Shown here piece after piece: positions 60,901-64,000 of a DNA stretch of 64,000 nt. Where the stretch lies: assembly GCA_949358305.1 (NCBI GenBank), contig OX442314.1, positions 26,226,001 through 26,290,000 of the forward strand, read 5' to 3'. The notes beneath the pieces are model-generated. The model saw nothing but the letters and a program-made list of their open reading frames with translations. It did no database searches and was not told the origin of the DNA. The position numbers and the translations under genes are program-made. The stretch's first letter is position 1; every line of letters starts with the position of its first letter. The stretch comes from Strigamia acuminata. Its lineage: Eukaryota.

Positions 60901-63900
60901 TTACGACGGAAGAGGACTTCGTGAAAATTCCGAAGCCGAAGAAACAGAAGTCACAGCAACAGTACATTACGGATTTTAGGATTCAAATGCCGCCATTACC
61001 TGCGACGGAGGCTCCGACGTCAATTCCGGTTGCCACCAATCCAGTCCCACAATCCTTGCCTGTCCTCAATAACTCTCCAACCCCATCCTATGCTGATGTC
61101 ATCCAATACATCCCAAGTAGTCCTTTGCCTATTACACCTCTTCCTGTTGTCCAATCCCCTAGCAACTCTTCTCAATCACAAAAGAAGATTGTTGCTAACC
61201 CTACCCAATTACCAAAGAAAGTCCATGCCAATCCCGCTTCTGTCAAGGATGCAACCGGTTTATGGCATAGTCGCCTTGGACATCTCCATACTAACGCGAT
61301 GCGGTTATTAGCCAATAATGACCATGTTTATGGACTTGAACCGGCGGAAGTGTCGCAGGAATTAGCGTGCAATGACTGCCGTATTGCGAAGTCCACTAGG
61401 GCTTCTCATAAGCCGGATCTTCATCCTTCCACCAGCAAGCCCCTTGACCTCTTACACATGGATGTCTGGGGGCCGTATCCGGTTCCTTCATTTGGCGGCG
61501 CTCGTTTTGTTCTCACCGTCATTGACGATGCAACCAGGTATACCTGGATCACCCCCTTAGCACAAAAATCTCAAGTCTTCTCGTGCTTCAAAGAAATCGT
61601 CGCCAGAGTTGAGCGTGTCGCCAACACTCGTGTCAAAGCCATACGCACTGATAGAGGCGGCGAATTCTTATCGAATGAATTTCAACAGTATTTAAAGGAC
61701 AAAGGGATCCAGGGTCAGCGAACAAATCCTTCGAGCCCCCAGATGAACGGCACAGCTGAGAGAATCAACCGGACAATGGCTGACCACATTAGAGCTGTAC
61801 AAGAAGAGACAAAACTTCCAGCCGCTCTATGGGCAGAGATCGCTGTCAACTTTGCCTATATCAAAAATCGAAGTCCACATTCCCGTCTGAATAATCAGGT
61901 GCCATATATTCTTTGGCGACAGCGTGCCCTTTCCTTGCGTCATCTGAGAAAAATTGGATCTAAGTGCTGGGTGCACTTCACTGCACCGGGACGCAGGAAA
62001 CTCGACCCAAGAGCCTGGGAGGGATTTCTCGTGGGTTACGCCACCGGTACACGTGGTTACCGCGTATGGAATCCTGTGGACAATAGCGTAACAGAATCAA
62101 TTCACGTACGCATTGATGAGCATCAGTCTTACAAAAAGACACTGCGGAACCAAAACGGCAATCGCTATCCCATTTACGAGGAACCCGACGTTGGTCAACA
62201 ACCTCGAGTCACTTTTGACGACAGTGTCCAATATCTGGACTGGCCCAAGAATGATTCTGATGAAGACTCATCGAATGCATCGGACAATGATAATAACGAC
62301 GATGATGATGATGATGAGAATGGAGATGGAAATGTTTCCAGATCAATTTCTATCCCACTAGTACATCTTTCGCCACTTGGGACTCCCGAACGTCAATTAC
62401 TAGAGGCATGTGCACTAGCATTACCGGGTTCTGCAACATTGAGACATTCAGCATCGTACCCAACCCTTTATCAAGAAGAACAGGACACTGACGAGGACAT
62501 CGATCAACTCGATGATGATGCTATTCAATCGTTCGCAGCCGTATCACAACAATTTGACTCCCCAAATATTTCCTCTGTTCCTGCCAGTTCTCCTGAAATT
62601 TCACCACCTGGCTCACCGAATCGCTTCATTACATTACGTCGAAGACACGGTGGGGACATTCTTCAGCACACGATGCCCATACTTGGCCAAGGAGCAATGT
62701 CACCTTTGCCAACTGGCTCGACGTCCGTTCCGGCTCATGGAAACAGGACCTCTTTTATGTGGCGTTATGTGGGTGGAGACACAGTCTTCAGGAGATGGGT
62801 TCGTGAAGAACACTTAAGGAAAGATCAACGACCAGGATCGATTGATGCGGATGTCTATTATTTTCCGCAACCTGGCCTGCGACTTCGATCACGTAACGAA
62901 ATTCAGGCATACTGTACCGTGAACGATCTCCCTTATGATCCTGAATTATTCTTCTTTGGCGTTATGGAACATTCGTTACCGCTGATTCCTCCAGCCCGTC
63001 ATGCAGCTCATCTTTGCCGTACGGAGCCATCATCCTATTCTGATATACCGACATTCCCAGATGCCCCAAAATGGCGCGAAGCCGTTAATGAAGAATTGGA
63101 CATTTTCAAAGAAAGGGAGATTTATCAAGAAGTTCCAAGGCCGCCCAACACTACGGTCTTAGGCTGTAAATGGATCTTCAAATTGAAAACGGATCTAAGC
63201 GGCGAAATAACTCGTTATCGTGCTCGACTCGTCGCACAAGGCTTTCGCCAAACCATCGGGGTAGATTACGAAGAGGTCTTTAGCCCAGTCGTGAACTTTG
63301 TTTTAATCCGGCTATTCTTCTGTCTTCTAGTCGTCCTCAGAGGATGGAAGGATGCTCACCTCGACGTCAAAAGTGCATACCTGTATGGGGACCTGAAGCA
63401 CAAGGTGTACATGCGCATCCCCGCAGGTGCAACTTGTTCGAATCCTGGAAACGTCTGGCTGCTTGTTAAATCCCTCTACGGACTTCACCAATCAGGGAGG
63501 GAGTGGTACGAAAAGTTGGATGGAACGCTTCGAGCCCTCGGTTTTCGGAAGATGCCCGCGTGCAATTGTGTGTATATTTACGGCAATTGTGCCGTCATGT
63601 TAGTTTACGTGGACGACATCGTTCTCTTTTACGCTTCCGACACCGTGTTGACCCGGATTATCCGACTTATTTCGTCCAAATTCGACATCGTTAATCTTGG
63701 TCCCATCACGAAATTATTGGGAGTCGAGTTTATTCGCGACGCCGGACGGACTTTCATCACACAACGTGGCTACATCACAAAGCTCGTTAAGAAGTTCGAA
63801 GTTTCCATCAACCGTCTAGTAAAAGTTCCCGTCACACCTGGGACGACACTCGTGAAGGGGTCAACCGAGAATCTACCGGACTTTCCTTACCGATCCCTAA

Positions 63901-64000
63901 TCGGTTCGCTTCTATTCCTCGCGTCGAGAACACGCCCCGATATCTTATTTTCGGTTATTTCGCTGAGCCAGTTCAATACATGTTACGACAAAACGCACAT
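57965..64000 (+). mobile_element. Ty1/Copia LTR retrotransposon with MBD (CopiaMBD-like), running off the window
   Basis: 5' LTR TG(57965)...CA(58483), PBS tggtagcagaggatggtt (tRNA-iMet), about 1-kb leader, polyprotein ORF. Confidence 0.9.
59526..64000 (+). CDS. Copia gag-PR-IN-MBD-RT polyprotein (open to the window end, so missing from the ORF track)
   Basis: All motifs in one frame: NNYESW, CFNCQEMGHCANKC (60225), WIVDCGATDH (60480), WHSRLGH (61263), HMDVWGP, RTDRGGEF, MBD (62796-62957), RARLVAQG, YVDD (63606). Confidence 0.92.
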   Translation, partial: MQKSPYVEPTVGKCPMLGINNYESWRRAMCMLLKSEGLWRHVTEEKEAEYLLTLTPKETEKYMMKKDKALGHIYCHVSEAKRSTLDNANTPKQAWDILTKIFAPSSLARQAAMRWQFLGLHLQPNEDMVDFVSRVDLHVRQLRDMKEEVSDKHHAYQYLHRLPPEYAQATFAIYNWPEANFTPTKVSEQLVSEYLRLKSVGLHNVSSSAHASAQNPQQSRQGSRPRRPLSQVRCFNCQEMGHCANKCPYPKRDDRNQPPTASFQRSRSKSKKRGKNSASNPEDNRPRGSSHPVRRAVFFASAPQMVERPVAHLMQSNEWIVDCGATDHVSHVRSWFSEFTNIVPFDIELGQGKSQVTGKGTIPLQTRMDGVHCDVTLTNVLYAPNFEANLISVSRIDKTRHHIHIFNGEINVYQTDITNAILRAKEKGGLYYVDGLCINPTVAVTTSPIVQQSPVQTFVTTEEDFVKIPKPKKQKSQQQYITDFRIQMPPLPATEAPTSIPVATNPVPQSLPVLNNSPTPSYADVIQYIPSSPLPITPLPVVQSPSNSSQSQKKIVANPTQLPKKVHANPASVKDATGLWHSRLGHLHTNAMRLLANNDHVYGLEPAEVSQELACNDCRIAKSTRASHKPDLHPSTSKPLDLLHMDVWGPYPVPSFGGARFVLTVIDDATRYTWITPLAQKSQVFSCFKEIVARVERVANTRVKAIRTDRGGEFLSNEFQQYLKDKGIQGQRTNPSSPQMNGTAERINRTMADHIRAVQEETKLPAALWAEIAVNFAYIKNRSPHSRLNNQVPYILWRQRALSLRHLRKIGSKCWVHFTAPGRRKLDPRAWEGFLVGYATGTRGYRVWNPVDNSVTESIHVRIDEHQSYKKTLRNQNGNRYPIYEEPDVGQQPRVTFDDSVQYLDWPKNDSDEDSSNASDNDNNDDDDDDENGDGNVSRSISIPLVHLSPLGTPERQLLEACALALPGSATLRHSASYPTLYQEEQDTDEDIDQLDDDAIQSFAAVSQQFDSPNISSVPASSPEISPPGSPNRFITLRRRHGGDILQHTMPILGQGAMSPLPTGSTSVPAHGNRTSFMWRYVGGDTVFRRWVREEHLRKDQRPGSIDADVYYFPQPGLRLRSRNEIQAYCTVNDLPYDPELFFFGVMEHSLPLIPPARHAAHLCRTEPSSYSDIPTFPDAPKWREAVNEELDIFKEREIYQEVPRPPNTTVLGCKWIFKLKTDLSGEITRYRARLVAQGFRQTIGVDYEEVFSPVVNFVLIRLFFCLLVVLRGWKDAHLDVKSAYLYGDLKHKVYMRIPAGATCSNPGNVWLLVKSLYGLHQSGREWYEKLDGTLRALGFRKMPACNCVYIYGNCAVMLVYVDDIVLFYASDTVLTRIIRLISSKFDIVNLGPITKLLGVEFIRDAGRTFITQRGYITKLVKKFEVSINRLVKVPVTPGTTLVKGSTENLPDFPYRSLIGSLLFLASRTRPDILFSVISLSQFNTCYDKTH

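Overview
Eukaryotic (animal, probably arthropod) genomic DNA made up mostly of nested transposons. The one clear host gene is a spliced DEG/ENaC (pickpocket/ASIC-like) channel gene on + (exons traced from 6900 to 22641, 5' part unresolved). It encodes two channel subunits fused head-to-tail: TM2 of module 1 and TM1 of module 2 lie in one uninterrupted exon. Mobile elements in order: 3' part of a BEL/Pao LTR element; a Tc1 IR/DR transposon interrupted by a decayed Copia; many MITEs; a PIF/Harbinger interrupted by a very young 14.5-kb Gypsy that has a -1 frameshift signal and a non-Env, Cys-rich third ORF; a CMC/CACTA-like non-autonomous element carrying host gene fragments (RIOK1, DDX39B/UAP56, a UBZ4 finger) and an RT-less Gypsy; a decayed DIRS element; a CpG-rich palindromic array; and, inserted into that array, an apparently intact Copia whose polyprotein carries a methyl-CpG-binding domain. 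All calls come from reading the sequence by eye; no database searches were run.
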